From Octopus sinensis (taxonomy: Eukaryota): a DNA stretch of 64,000 nucleotides. The position numbers and the translations under genes were made by a program. Positions 1 to 13,245 of this stretch are shown here, one piece after another; positions within the stretch are counted from its first letter, which is position 1, and each line of letters begins with the position of its first letter. The notes under the pieces are model-generated. The model worked only from the letters and a program-made list of their open reading frames with translations. It searched no databases and was not told the origin of the DNA. The stretch is from contig NC_042998.1 of NCBI RefSeq assembly GCF_006345805.1, forward strand, positions 159,402,001 to 159,466,000. The letters run 5' to 3'.

Positions 1-1440
1 GAATTGCTGGCCTTGTACCAAAACTTGAAATCCTCCATAGATGATTCGGGGAAAGTTTGTAGCCGATGTTCACTTTTTACAGCTACACTACCCAGTGATT
101 TTTTGTACACCATCAAATTCGTTTTCCTGTGTGTCAATATCAGTGAGGATATGGATGAGGTTTTACACTATGCTAAACATGCTAAGAAACTCCACAATAC
201 AAAATAGGGCACCATAATGTAAACCTTTTTAAAGTTGATTCACGCCATGCACAGGTTAGCTTGTCGTCGCAGTTCTTAAATTCTTATCGCTGATAAGATA
301 ATTTTTGGTATTTTTAAATGTTTTCTGCGCACCTTCCATTCAAACGGTAGTAATTTGCTGTGGACCAAATGTTTGTAGGTTTTTGTTAGTTTAGGTTGGG
401 TTTTTTAGCATTCGGGTAACTTTTATAACAGATTGAGGCAGGAAATCGGGCAACAATTTTCAAATGAATTTTCTTTCGTTAGATCTTTCATTATTAAAGT
501 TATGTCTCTTAACCATTCACTCTTGTACACTTCATTGTACTACACATTCGTTTCTGATTTGATTGTATAAAGATTTCAGATATTTCATCCAAAATCCTTG
601 GATACTGTCAGGTCCGGTGACTTACCAGTTTGATAGTATATTTACCTTCTACATGACATTGTCCCTAAAGTATGGCAGTTCATTTTTGCTACACTAGATC
701 AGTTTTAATTGCTTGGAACCATCCTACATTTTCATCATGTGTAATCAAAAATCCCCAAATTTCGACTGAAAATTTGATTGCTTCTTCTGCATTTGGTAGT
801 AACACTTCGATGGTATTTCCTCGAATTTTACAGTAAAGCCGTATCTGATTTGATTAAAACATCTGTGATATTCAAATTCACTTTGTTTTCTCGGTGTAAC
901 ACTTTATCTTGATTGATTTTTCAAGACCTCTTTGCTTTGTCTATTATATCACTAAAGTAAAATATTTCCTCATAAACGCTGTACTTCCTTTCAAGATAAA
1001 ACTTGTCATGTTTTTTCGTAAATTACTTTTGGTCAAGCTTTTTAATCTTGCTAAGTATTCTTAATCGAGCTATGTTCAGGTCTGCTTTACATGTTTCTGG
1101 GATTGATAAAACAAAGTACCAATCAAGTACCGTAGTAATCTAATCGATTGTCCTCTCCTCTCAAATTTCTGTCTTTATATCGAAAACGATTATTATTTCT
1201 TGCCCGTGGTGAGCCACATGTCAATCTCCCAAAAGTTTGGTAATCCCTTTAGGACAGAGAAGTTTAGCCTTTTTTAACAATTCTACACGGTACTTTTCTC
1301 AATATTCTTTTACTCTTATTCTACATAATGTTCTGCATCTATATACTAACTCCAACTTCTTTCTTTCCTTTAATTAACTTGCTCCTTTTTCAACTTCCAT
1401 CATTCCGCTGCTTAAACAACCAAACATAATTACTACAAAC
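1..1440 (-). mobile_element. Degraded R4/Dong-like (RLE-type) non-LTR retrotransposon, RT region
   Basis: Minus-strand translation gives W*VTGPDSIQG (~595-625; cf. WKAPGPDGIQG), ENCCPISCLNLL (~425-460; cf. NYRPISCL) and RQANLCMAWINFKKVYIMVPY (~205-270; cf. NLSMAWIDYKKAYDMVPH), a motif set typical of R4/Dong RTs. Many stops and frameshifts. Confidence 0.7.
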
Positions 1441-2279
1441 TTCACTTTGTACCTTAACCACTTCTCATGTAACGTCAAAATTATTTGTACCTTCTCGGTT
1501 TCTCTTGTAGTTTTTCTAGAATTTTGGGGTTTTCTTTTTGTTTTTTGTTTTTTTGAGAGGTCGGATTGTGACGCAGGGAGAGATTCTCACAAGTCTAGAT
1601 TATACGAGTTATGCATATCTACTTTTGGTAAGTAATATCTGAAGTTAGATCTGATATTCTGGCAGTGAATATTTACTCATATGGTATTTAACACCCTTCC
1701 AGTTTATTTTTCTTATTTCCCGTTGTGGTCAGTTCTATCTCACCTGCTTTTATGCTTCACTGAACTTTGTCAAACTACTTCTTGATTTACTCAAGCCACA
1801 ACTAATACCATTAATACCGCTAATACCATTAATAGATATATATTATTATACCTCTTACTATTATAATAATTCCCAGCAGCTATTTTATATCCAGACAGCA
1901 AATCGTGAGCTTATTCTCGCTTTTCTTTTCATTGCCTGTACAAGTTTGATATCACTTCAATTTCTTGTTTAATTTCTCCCACGCACTTATTTCTATCGTT
2001 TGTTCCCGCGTCTTAATAGTAGAACAAGTTTTTATTTTTTTATTTTTTCCCCTGGAATCTAAGTTACAGCAGCTCTGTTGAGTTTTATCGTTATACTGCT
2101 TAAGCAGTAGTTCTGAGCACTTTTACCAGATTCCACCAGATTTCTTTCTATAATAATAATTATTTCTTCATTCCTTCTGATTTATTTCTTCATCATCAAA
2201 TTTTCTCCGTTCTCCAATGTTAAGCATTCTTCTTTCCATTTCCGTCATCATCGTACACACCGCTACTGCCACTATCCAT

Positions 2280-2294
2280 CATCAGTACCACCAT

Positions 2295-2331
<37 letters not shown>

Positions 2332-2400
2332 TAGTAGTAGCAGCAGCAGCAGTAAATGTTGTTGCAGCAGCAGTAGCAGCAACAACAGCAGCAGCAATAC
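2280..2400. repeat. Compound (CAG)n-(TAG)n-(CAG)n trinucleotide repeat
   Basis: Seen directly; it explains the poly-A/V and poly-L ORFs. Confidence 0.95.
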
Positions 2401-2934
2401 AGTTTGAGATAAATAATATTTTATAAAGTATGTTCTAGCAGCGAGAGTGTAGCAGTAAGTTATCGGCAATTGAAGTCAGCAGAATGTTGCTGTTTGTGCT
2501 GATATAATCAACAATCATATTTCTAATTAGAAACCATATTTTTAAATATTGATATTATTACATTAGTGTAGTATAGATTGTATTGGAAGATGTACTGTTC
2601 TAAGTAGAGTTTACGACTAATTTTATTTCAGGCTAGACAATTCATTAGAAAAACATTAAAGAATCATGAGCAAATAGTATTTTTTAATATATTTCTAATT
2701 AGTCACTTACTCTTGTTATACTAATTAATTACTGTACTGTTTCTCTCTTAGTTAATCAAATATCTGAAGGTGTTTTCTCCCAATGTCTAGTATGGCAGCA
2801 GCATAAACTGCAACAGGACTAAAAGAGCTGCAGTGGAGAAGAACAATTGCAGAGGCATCAAAGCTAATGGACCTTTACATAAAGTAGTTAGAGAGTCACA
2901 ACAAAGTTGCTGTTGTTGACGTCGTCGACGTTGT

Positions 2935-3135
2935 TGTTGTTTATCCTGGAGTCGTCACTGATTAAACACCTGATCAATGATATTCCAGCCAAGACCATTC
3001 TATCTTTTTTCTATGGGCTACATATTTTTAGTGTAACCGTCCTTTGGACTACATTATTTTCAATGTGACCGTCCTTTTTGTAAAACGGTAGCGTGTAATT
3101 TTACGGCGATTTGGTTGTTATTTCTAGCTGGTCGA
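2935..3135 (-). repeat. Interspersed repeat family F (retroposon-like, (AAC)n tail)
   Basis: Shares the motif ctagaaatagcagccaaat and a downstream segment with copies at 15200, 21800, 28715 and 31450; ends in a ttg/aac tail. Confidence 0.55.
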
Positions 3136-3589
3136 GCTTTCTTTGTTAACAAAGTTAATTTACTGGAGTACTTCATACAACATGATAACATTCAAAGTGA
3201 GTGAAAAATAAAGTACTCTGAGAGAAGCCTTGTGGCACAGGTTGAAGTACCACAAGATATCGTATTGCAAGAATAGTTCTTTCAATGCTGTGTTTAGATT
3301 CATTTGAAGAGGTGGAATAACCGCAAAATGATTTTAATACATGAAAAGGCATACTTTTATTAACAAGCTATATAAACCACTATCTCTTAAAATGTTAATT
3401 TCAATCGTTTTCATTCGAATTGTTACACAAGCAACCAGCAGTAGCTATTTGAATAAGTCTTGAATACGTAGTCGTTTACGTTATAGCAAAGACAGAACAA
3501 GATAGGGTTAGCCTCAATAAAATGTAGTTTGGCTTCGAACTAGTAATGTTGAACCACAATAGTAATATTTCAAGTCAGACAGCAGCAAG

Positions 3590-3760
3590 TGGAGTGTTTA
3601 GCAACTTAATTTCGTACTGTCGACCTGGAGAATATCTTCGATAGAATGCCCTGCTCTGAGCGCTTGGTGAAAGGTAGATTTAGGGTGATTGTAAAGATTG
3701 TATAGACATACATCTACTCGTTTCTGTTGGAGCAGAAACGAGGGGATATGTGTCGTTTAC
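3590..3760 (+). mobile_element. Highly degraded RTE-type RT fragment
   Basis: Translates FRTVDLENIFDRMPCS, cf. AFVDLEKAFDRVPRS. Confidence 0.4.
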
Positions 3761-3994
3761 AAGAGAGGAGAAAACTGTGCGAAAACTGGGAAGAAATGAG
3801 GCAACATGCCCTGCCAGATGTATGATGTTATCATAAGTGAATGCTGGAGCACAGATAACTGAGAGAAAAGAATTGGTATAAGAAAAATTTACTATTATGT
3901 GCAAGAGAGAATACTATCTTAGTAGGGATGTGTGGAAATATATGTATGATAGCAGAGAGACGAAGGAGTTTTACACAACCCAAGTGAAAAGACC

Positions 3995-4690
3995 TTGCCA
4001 AAGGATTGGATTAAAATTGGGAGTTTTAGCAACCCATTTCAGGGATTCGATTGCATAAGCACTTTTCCAAACTTGTGGTGCCTTCCTTGCATAGCATAGG
4101 ACTCCATCTTCTTGAACAAGATTGTTCTTCTTATCGATCCTTACAGTGGAACAGACGAGTATTTGAGAATATTTTGAGTCATTTGAAGGATTCTCAACAA
4201 AATTTTAACTTTGGTCTACCAGTCACCAAAACTTCCCTCTCCCTCCTTCACATCATTTTTCCAACTCATCCATGTTTAACTATTCCTTGCAAACATTCTG
4301 GCTTCCATGTTTCAATTTTTGCCGTACACATATACCTGCAATGAATTGCAAAATTGTCAGGATTTGGCTTTCGTCACACTATATTATTGACGACCAGAAG
4401 TCGTTTTCCATGCTGCTTGTTGCAGAAATATTTAGCCCAGTTGAACCTTTTGATCTCCTTAGCTTTTGAGATTATTGGCTTCTGGAAAGTCTTCCAATGT
4501 TTTTCGATACTGTTCTTACGCATATCCATAGATTTTCAGACTCTTTAACAGTTACATCAATGTCTAATAACTTACTTCATAACAGCCCTTTTTTGCCCTC
4601 TCTGAGACTTTCTGTGATCACCCTACTCGTTTCTTCACTTGATAATTTTCATCTTCAAGTCATCTGTTGACTATGTTACTCAGTGTTTAA
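3995..4690 (-). mobile_element. Tc1-family transposase relic
   Basis: Minus strand: KPIISKAKEIKRFNWAK, WSSII*CDES, WKPECLQGIVKHG, LFQEDG, KWVAKTPNFNPI (cf. WPAQSPDLNPIE). Confidence 0.75.
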
Positions 4691-4699
4691 ATATTAGTT

Positions 4700-4893
4700 T
4701 TCAATTTTGGCACAAGACCAGCAACTTTGTGGGAGTGGTTAAGTCGATTACGTTGACCCCCAGTGCTCAACTGGTACTTAATTTATCGACCCGAAAGGAT
4801 GAAAGCCAAGGATGACCTCAGAACGTAACGACAGACGAAATGACGCTCAGCATTTTGCCCAGCGTGCTAACGATTCTGCCAGCTCGCCGCCTT
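4700..4893 (-). mobile_element. tRNA-derived SINE, family A
   Basis: Reverse complement reads aaggcggcgagctggcagaatcgttagcacg...ctttcatcctttcgggtcgataaattaagtaccagtt; several copies in the window. Confidence 0.85.
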
Positions 4894-4924
4894 ACGGAGT
4901 GTTAGAATATTAATACCGAAAAAA

Positions 4925-5555
4925 TGAAGCTAATTTTCGATTGCACTTTGTACATAAACACCAGCCGATGATTTTCCCGCGTGTTAATTCATCGATTTCT
5001 TACAGTAAATCTATGCTTGATTTGATTGAAAAGTCTGCTATGCTCAAATTTAGTTGTTCTCTCAATGTAACACATTATCTTGGTTGATTTTGCGCAAAGT
5101 AAATTTTTTCTCATATAGCTTTACTTTTCTCATATAGCTTTACTTTCCTTAACATAAATCTCGTCATATTCTTTTCGTGAGTTGCTTTTGTTCAAAATTT
5201 TAATCTTGCTGATGTTTCTTCTAAGTATTTTTAATCGTATTGAGGCTAGATTTGTTTTACATCCTTCCGGGGTTGATAAAATAAAGTGCGGAGTAATTTA
5301 ATTGACTGTCTCTTCCTCTAAAATTTATTCCATTTATCTATTTTAGAAACAATTGTTATTTTTAGCTCACTGTGAAACCAAGAGATGTCAAGCTTCCAAG
5401 AATTTTGAAGCTTGACATGTTTTTCCAGAAAGTTATGAAAATTAAAGTTACAGTTATTCGAAAAATATCTAAATTCGTATATCTACCAGCAAAAAACAAA
5501 CCATCAATTATGAAAAATACAAATAAGCAAATGGCTAAATTCTTTTTCATAAGCC
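4925..5555 (-). mobile_element. Second fragment of the R4/Dong-like element
   Basis: Colinear with ~800-1400 (e.g. ttacagtaaa..tgatttgatt, tttaatcttgct, gggttgataaa). Confidence 0.65.
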
Positions 5556-6014
5556 ATTTTAATACTTACATGTGTTTGCGCGCGCGCGTGTGTGTGTGTG
5601 TTACCGCTTATTTTCCTTAGGTTTTGCACTTTTTATAGTTATATACAAGTCAGTATATGTTTAAAACAGGCACACTTACGTATGTGTTTGTTAGTACATG
5701 TACACAGATCTGTGTGAGATGCAGTGGTATGTATGTATTTAAGTGCGTGTAAAATTGGAACACAAACGTGTTCTAGCAACACAAACGTGAAGTCTACAAT
5801 ACATGGAACCACACCGATAAACTGCGATAGACAGACGTAACTTTCCATCAGTCAAACCTGTTTGATGAATGTCTAAGAAAAGAAACAAGGAACTGGGTAA
5901 CAGAATTCAGCAAACTGAAACTCTAACTTCGTGTTTTAAATATTTACTCAACCAGTGATGATGTTGAGTTCTTTTTTAGCTTGTTATTATTAATCACAAA
6001 AAAATAGCATGTTA

Positions 6015-6165
6015 TATGTATGTATGTATGTGTGTATGTATGTATGTATGTATGTATGTATGTATGTATGTATGTATGTATGTATGTATGTATGTATGTA
6101 TGCATGTATATGTGTGTGTATGCATGTATGTATGTATGTATGTATGTATGTATGTATGTATGTAT
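6015..6165. repeat. (TATG)n microsatellite
   Basis: Seen directly. Similar arrays at ~7430-7500, 9185-9640, 14070-14145, 41040-41095, 41370-41700 and 46900-47130. Confidence 0.95.
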
Positions 6166-6334
6166 AAAATATTATGAGTAATAATTTTTAATTTGGACGT
6201 ACACCTGGTAGTATACCGTTTAATGCACGTTCACTGTATTCGGTTACCTGATGTCATCAACAGTATGGATATAAGTGCCACTGGATTTACTCCAGCAATT
6301 CCTTCGTCTCCGTTGAATTTGTTACAAATGAGAG

Positions 6335-6650
6335 AAAGAGAGAGAAAATGGAATTCATTGAATTCTGTATTAATCCCTACGATCGTTTCGAGCCATCGTG
6401 CATCGGTCCTTCATGGATGAGATTCTGAACAAGTGGTTGTGGCGCATCATTCGGTGCAGATATTCCTTAATGGTACCATATTATAATCATAATAAAAAGA
6501 AAACTGAGATTAAAATACGAGGTACCTGACAAGGCATCACAACCAGCTGTACAGAATATCACCTGCGAAGGACCGATGCACGATGGATCGAAATGATCGT
6601 AGGAATTAATAAATAATCTCGTGAATTCCAATTTCTTTCTCGTTCTCTCT
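6335..6650. mobile_element. MITE/foldback element with ~75-bp terminal inverted repeats
   Basis: tattaatccctacgatcgtttcgagccatcgtgcatcggtccttc (~6368-6412) is the near-perfect reverse complement of gaaggaccgatgcacgatggatcgaaatgatcgtaggaattaata (~6567-6611); ggaattca/tgaattcc extends the pairing outward. Confidence 0.8.
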
Positions 6651-6884
6651 CTCACACACTCTCTCTCTCTCTCTCTTTCTCTCTCACTCACGCACACATA
6701 TATACGTATGTATATATGTATATATACATTTATATACATGAGTGTGTGTATGTGTGTGTGTGCATATATATGTATGTATATATGTATATATATTTTGACT
6801 TGGAAATGGATGCGTCGCGTTCAATTAAATGATAATAATAATAAATAATATATATATGTGTTTATATATGTGTATATATATATA

Positions 6885-7345
6885 TATGGGTATAGGACGT
6901 TACCAACTGTGCAAACAATATGGAATACGTAAACAAACGAGTTAATTACGTAAACAACGAGAGAAAAAATGGAAAACAGGACGGGTAATCGTAGAGAAAG
7001 GACTCTTCATCAGTTGTCGGCTGTCTCTCTACTCCTCATTTTGAGCATTTAAGGACAATATGAGTCTTCAAAGACAGTTGCTTCCATAAATATTAAAATA
7101 AAATTTATGATTTATAGAGGGTCAAAGTTGGGAACAAAAACAAGACAGTAGACACATATAAGGAAACCGAACAAAGATGGAGAGCCGTTAGACCAGAAGA
7201 GAGGGAAATAGTGAACGCTGGGAGAAATATTTTCTTTGAAAAGAAAAAAATAGAAGAGAGAGAAAAGCGTCCAGTCTCTTGAATGTCTGTGCAGGAAAAG
7301 AAAGATGGTCACGTGAGGAAAAGAATGATGGACGATGGTCACGTG
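6885..7345 (-). repeat. Putative Penelope-associated (pLTR-like) repeat
   Basis: Shares tatatgggta(t/c)aggac and overall layout with the 42 kb, 53 kb and 57-58 kb family. PLE assignment is inferred. Confidence 0.45.
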
Positions 7346-7382
7346 TCATCACACACACACACACATATATACATCCAAATAC

Positions 7383-7417
<35 letters not shown>

Positions 7418-7438
7418 AGTCAATGGTTTGTATGTATG

Positions 7439-7472
<34 letters not shown>

Positions 7473-7501
7473 TGTATGTATGTATGTATGTATGTATGTA
7501 T

Positions 7502-7618
7502 AGGCGTGGCTGTGTGTTAAGAAGCTTGCTTCCCAACACATGGTTTCGGGTTCAGTCCCACTGCTTGGCACCCTGGGCAAGTGTCTTCTACTATAGTTTC
7601 GGGCCAAGCAAAGCCTTA
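7502..7618 (+). mobile_element. tRNA-derived SINE, family B (head plus CORE-like domain)
   Basis: A-box-like tggctgtgtgttaag, B-box-like gggttcagtccc, then gcaccctgggcaagtgtcttctactatag. Confidence 0.85.
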
Positions 7619-7639
7619 TTTCTTGTCTTGTACAATGTA

Positions 7640-7895
7640 CTGAGGGACGATGCAGAAACAAGACGGTAACTTACATTGGGGAGACGGCACGCCGTACAGG
7701 GAAGCAGATTAGCGAAAAGAGGAGAAAAGCTTGTCAGTGCTCTACCAACATGCCCAATATAACATAGAGGCTCAGTTAATAACATAGAGGTTAGATTATT
7801 ATCAAAGCATAGAACAGACACGGCACTTAGACAGATTACAGAGACCACACACATAGCAATAGACAGACCGAGCCTCAACAGAAAACACGAATGGA
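7640..7895 (+). mobile_element. Penelope-like GIY-YIG endonuclease fragment
   Basis: TYIGETARRTG...LYQHAQ...LLSKHRTDTALRQITETTHIAIDRPSLNRKHEW across frameshifts. Confidence 0.7.
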
Positions 7896-8826
7896 ACAAT
7901 GACACCCATCACCACCGCACTACAGAACACGGTGACTCAAGACAGAAGGAAAAAGACACATATACAAACAGTATAATACATAAACCCATACACACACACA
8001 AAAGACACACGTACACATACTTAAGATGAAATGAAATATATAAAAAGAATGGATACAAATAAGTAAATAAATGAAAAAATAAGAATAAAAACTTATAAAA
8101 AGCACGGATTCAAACAATATAGTAAGCACATCCATACAGACACACACACACACACAAAATGCACATACAAAACACATAGACACGCACACACACAGAGATA
8201 CAGACCCAAACGCATGAGCGGAGAAGAATACACAACATAGAAAGATAGAATGGTCTAAACAGACCAGGAGAGGATACATGGGATGGTAGAGTCGCTGAAG
8301 AGGTTAGAGGCGTGTGACAAAAGATTTCCAGACAATGGACATAAGATAAAATAGAACAATAATAAACGAGTGGAAAACTAACATATAGTGTGTGTTTAGT
8401 TGGCAAGAAAAAAAGATTTTTAATGATCATTCCGAAATTTAACGATATATGGAGATTTATTAAAAATACGTATATAAACTTATTTATAGGTTATCCAAAC
8501 ACATGCAGTCTCAGTACTTTTTTTAATTAATATACAGTGACAATAGATAAAATGATATTCAAATCAGAAATATCAACGGTTGTTTTCTGAACATTTTTCA
8601 TAAATATTTGTAAGATTCGTAAAATATTGTTACTTTTCTTCAACGAACGAATCCGACATTCCTGCTGGTTTAGTTCAAAAGAATAAAATCAAGAGTAATT
8701 AACAGAGTTGTTTTTCGGTTCGTTCTGGGGAAGGAGTCTGGTAGTTTAACCACATGCTCTGTTTGCATGCGAGGCTAAATGTATCTTTATAATACGTATA
8801 TGCATATATATATATATACATATATA

Positions 8827-8862
<36 letters not shown>

Positions 8863-9046
8863 ATTATTATTATTATTATATATGCATGTAAGCTTATTTA
8901 CAATACATACTTATACGCCTATGTATATGCGTGATTTGGAGCATGTGAGTGCATAGGTAAGTTTATGTACTTGTATTTGTGCATGTGTGCATATGTGCGC
9001 ATATATATGTGTATGTATGTGTGTTTGCTTGTGTGAGACATACAGA

Positions 9047-9091
<45 letters not shown>

Positions 9092-9114
9092 TTAGCAGTT
9101 CTGACACTGTATTC

Positions 9115-9168
9115 TCGTCTGGTGATCAGCCTAAAGATTCCCTTAGGATATGAAACATGAAGTCACGA
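9115..9168 (+). ncRNA. Degenerate hammerhead-like motif
   Basis: tcgt-CTGGTGA-stem II (cctaaag/cttagg)-GAAAC-atgaa-GTC-acga; core carries A6G. Confidence 0.35.
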
Positions 9169-10705
9169 AATGTTAAGCTGAAGTGTATGTATGTATGTAT
9201 GTATGTATGTATGTATGCATGCATGTATGTATGTACGTATGCATGCATGTATGTATGTATGTATGTATGCATACATGCATGTATGTATGCATATATGTAT
9301 TTATGCATGTATGTATGTCGGTATGTATATATGTAAGTATGTATGTATATGTGTGTGCGTGCGTGTATGCTAGTGTTTGTGTTTGTATGTATGATGTATG
9401 TATATACATAATATGTAGGTACTTATCTATGAGTGTATGTACGTATGTATGAATGCATGCATACGTTCATATGTGCATGTATGTAAGTGTATATATGTAT
9501 ACGTATGTGCGTGTATGTATACATATATATGATATATATATATGTGTATGTCTGAACGCATGTATATATATATATGTATGTATGTACGTATGTATGCATG
9601 AATGTATACATGCATGTATGTATATATGATGTATGTATAGAAACACATAATTTAATACAAGAGTAAGTCCCTACCTACCATAGCTGGCACGCTAATATAA
9701 CTCAAATAAACTATAAAAATAGTTGGCAAGTACGCTAGTAGTAGCGGTGTGGCAGTGGTGTCGTTGGTGTTAATAATGGCAAATGCAAAGAGAAAGAGGA
9801 AGGAGTAGTAAAATAGAGAGAAGGAGGAAAGTGAGAAAGTTAAAAATAGTTAGAAAGGGGAGTGAAGAAAAGAAAACTGACTCCCCTAAAGGGATAGAGA
9901 CAGAAACAAACAAAAAACATGGGACAAATCGAGAAAGTCAGGGGAAAAGGGAGAAAGTTGAGAAAATACGAGTAAGAGTTCGTAATTGTAAATTATACTG
10001 GTGGTGGTAGGGTGGTCATACTGAAAGGATAAAGAGGAGTGAAAACATCGAGAGATAAAGTTAGCTTGATGTCCTAATGTGGGAGAAAGTAAGAAAGAAC
10101 TATAGAGGGTTAAAGAGAAACAGAGAGAAAATAAAGAATTCTAAAAGATGAAGAGCTAAATAAAAGTGGGAGTTAAAGTAAACATGCTAGAGAAAGAGCA
10201 GAAAGCAGGAAGTTGGGGAATGTGATACAGAGATGAAGGGGAAGAAGGAAGAACAGAAATACGTAGCAAAGTTTATGACATCATTACAGCTTTAGTTATC
10301 TCATTCTCTTAGTTTTCTTAGTGAAAGATCTTAGGTGTGGCTCGGTGCGAAGAGGCTTCTAACTAGAAGGTTATAGAAATCTTGTATCATTTGAAGAGAA
10401 GAAGAGAAGAGGTGATGTGAGAAAGTACAGGGTGGTTATATAGTTGAGAACTTGAAATTGGGGGTTGCGGAAAAGTGTAAATTCATTGAGAAGGCGGTTG
10501 AAAGGAATGTGAAGGAGTGTGGGATCTGGTCTATAGGTTTGTGCAGGAAAGTATACAGGATTTTTTTGAAGATCAGAGTGGAGTTTTGTTTTGCTGGTTC
10601 GTTGTAGACAAAAAAGAGAGTAGGTACTTAGCATGATATAAATGTTGATCTTGCTATTTAAGATTCAGCATGCTCGGGTGACAGTTCGTTTAATAAATTC
10701 TTCAA

Positions 10706-10757
10706 GGCGGTGCCCCAGCATGGCCACTGACTAATGACTGAAACAAGTAAAAGATAT
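10706..10757 (+). mobile_element. Isolated LINE/SINE 3' tail
   Basis: aaggcggtgccccagcatggccactgactaatgactgaaacaagtaaaagat. Confidence 0.75.
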
Positions 10758-10774
10758 GTGTGTATGTGCATGTG

Positions 10775-10901
<127 letters not shown>

Positions 10902-10924
10902 CGATGTCACACCAGCAAGACTGT

Positions 10925-11430
10925 ATCAATGGAACAGATGAGCTACTGAGAGAGACTGAAAGAGCCACGACTCTACTCCATGGAGCGAAGATGGGAAATG
11001 TATGCAGTGATATACGTATGGAACATCCTGGAGGGGTTGGCCCAAACTTTACCCTCAAGAGCTATACTAACCCCCGAACAGGACGTCACTGAACTGTTCC
11101 AAAGTCCCAGTTATCTCGTCTACAGTGAGGACTGTGGACTGCAGTAGCTTCGGATTCAAGGGTCCACAGATATTTAATGCCTTGCCAAAATATCTTAGGT
11201 ATCTTTATGGAATAGGGGTAGATATTTTCAAGAAACAATTTGATCTCCTGCTGCCCAAGCTCCCAGATGAACCTATATCACGGCAAGAAACTCAAAGGAG
11301 GGCAGCAATATCGAACTCTCCCCTTCACCAAAAACTAATCGCATAAGAATGGTCACTGAAAAAGTGATGACATTGGCGGAGTTCCAGCATGGCCAGTGCT
11401 TTTTGGCTGAAACAAAGAAAAGAATAAAAG
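10925..11430 (+). mobile_element. 5'-truncated CR1-group LINE 3' end
   Basis: SMEQMSY*ERLKEPRLYSMERR..YAVIYVWNILEG parallels the C-terminus of the 32.6-35.6 kb LINE; ends in ggcggagttccagcatggcc...gctgaaacaaagaaaagaataaaagaat. Confidence 0.85.
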
Positions 11431-11859
11431 AATTCACACACACATATGCATGTGTATTTGTGTGCGTATTCTGTAAACACATCTTTGCATAACATGCTTA
11501 ATGTTAATTGTAGTGGAGTCTTTTACAATGTAAATCGATCGTAATTTGGTCTTGATATTTCGAGTGGTCCAAGATATCTCTGGCTTCTTCGCCACATTGT
11601 ATATAAACGATATATTACAGAAGGCATCACATGCCCATATACTTTCATGAATGTCTAATAGTTACAAACACGATTATGTACGAAGAAACAGATCTAACGT
11701 AGAATACATTATGTAAATATTTGAATTAGTAGCTTGGTTTTATTTTCAAGTGTCTTTTCCTTTTAGGCTTAATTATATATGCCTTTGTTTGGATGTGTAT
11801 ATGTGTATACTCATATAATTAAGTATTTACAAAGTCGCTCAATTGAAATATGAATGTGT

Positions 11860-11929
11860 GTTGTGTATGTGTGTGTGTATGTGTGTGTGTAATATATGGT
11901 ATTGATGTAAGTATGTATTGGTGTGTGAG

Positions 11930-11976
<47 letters not shown>

Positions 11977-12042
11977 TCACACACCAATATATATGTGTAT
12001 ATATATATGTGTGTGTACATATATATATGCATATATGTATAT

Positions 12043-12091
<49 letters not shown>

Positions 12092-12123
12092 TTATATTAT
12101 TTACATATATGTATATACATATA

Positions 12124-12163
<40 letters not shown>

Positions 12164-12367
12164 CATATATATATATATATATTTACATATATGTATATAC
12201 ATATATGTACATATATATATGCATATATGTATATTTACATATATGTATATACATATATGTACATATATATATGCATATATGTATATTTACATATATGTAT
12301 ATACATATATGTACATATATATATGCATATATGTATATTTACATATATATATATATATATTATATAT

Positions 12368-12403
<36 letters not shown>

Positions 12404-12440
12404 AAGCATACGTGTGTGCGCGTATACACATATCCATACG
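11860..12440. repeat. (TA)n-rich array with an internal ~48-bp minisatellite
   Basis: The unit acatatatgtatatacatatatgtacatatatatatgcatatatgtatattt recurs at ~12185-12340. Confidence 0.9.
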
Positions 12441-12575
12441 TACATGCATGTATGTGTAAGCGGTTGAACAGCCTCATTTTCCTGATATTCATTAACAGGA
12501 AGTGAGCTGTGAGTAAAGTCAACAACTTTGACTTTAATACAGCTTACTATATTACTAGACATGAAAATAAATAAC

Positions 12576-12640
<65 letters not shown>

Positions 12641-12734
12641 TGTGTGTGTATTGCTTTTTCATAACGTTTACAGTTTTAAATATGATTTTTATTTGTTCAA
12701 AATGCTTACAAAATTTTGTTTCAAAAGTCATTTA

Positions 12735-13140
12735 TGGTCGGCGTTTTGTCTTATACGCGCGTACTTCTCTGTGGGTGCGAATGTCAACAACCCGGCAGAT
12801 ACACTGAACGGACCAAAGCAACACTATTGAGGCCATACTCATCAAACATTGCTTCAGATGCACAGGTCGTGTCCACTGCATGATAGTACAAAGCTGCAGC
12901 GCCACATCGTTTAAGAGCGAACCCAACACTAGCAAAAGACCACACAGCACTCCCATACGACGCTACTAGTACCAACTGAAACCCGCGACGAAGAGCCCCT
13001 AAATTCTAGGACCAACATGCAGAAAGTTGAACAACGTGGCAAAACATCATCAAGATCGGGATAGAACATTTTGAATAGATCCAACCAAGGCTTCCACTGA
13101 TCCTTAGATGTGACCTCTATGGAAACAGAAATCGACAACG
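12735..13140 (+). mobile_element. RTE (BovB-like) LINE C-terminal fragment
   Basis: NTIEAILIKHCFRCTGRVHCM...SKRPHSTPIRRY*YQLK, cf. TSIEAML..QLRWAGHV.RM...GKRP.G.PK.RYKDQLK. Confidence 0.6.
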
Positions 13141-13145
13141 ATATG

Positions 13146-13245
<100 letters not shown>

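Noticed and set aside
2217-2469. Poly-Ala/Val and poly-Leu ORFs
   Set aside because: Translations of a CAG/TAG repeat with no unique coding context.
9783-10640. Purine-rich stretch with faint RT-like words (SKVYDII)
   Set aside because: Too degraded to assign by eye.
11811-12562. Long YI/IY/CV-rich ORFs (also 32.1-32.6, 35.5-36.6, 41.3-41.7, 46.6-47.2, 50.4-50.8, 53.0-53.6 kb)
   Set aside because: Stop-free frames of TA/TG/TATG microsatellites.
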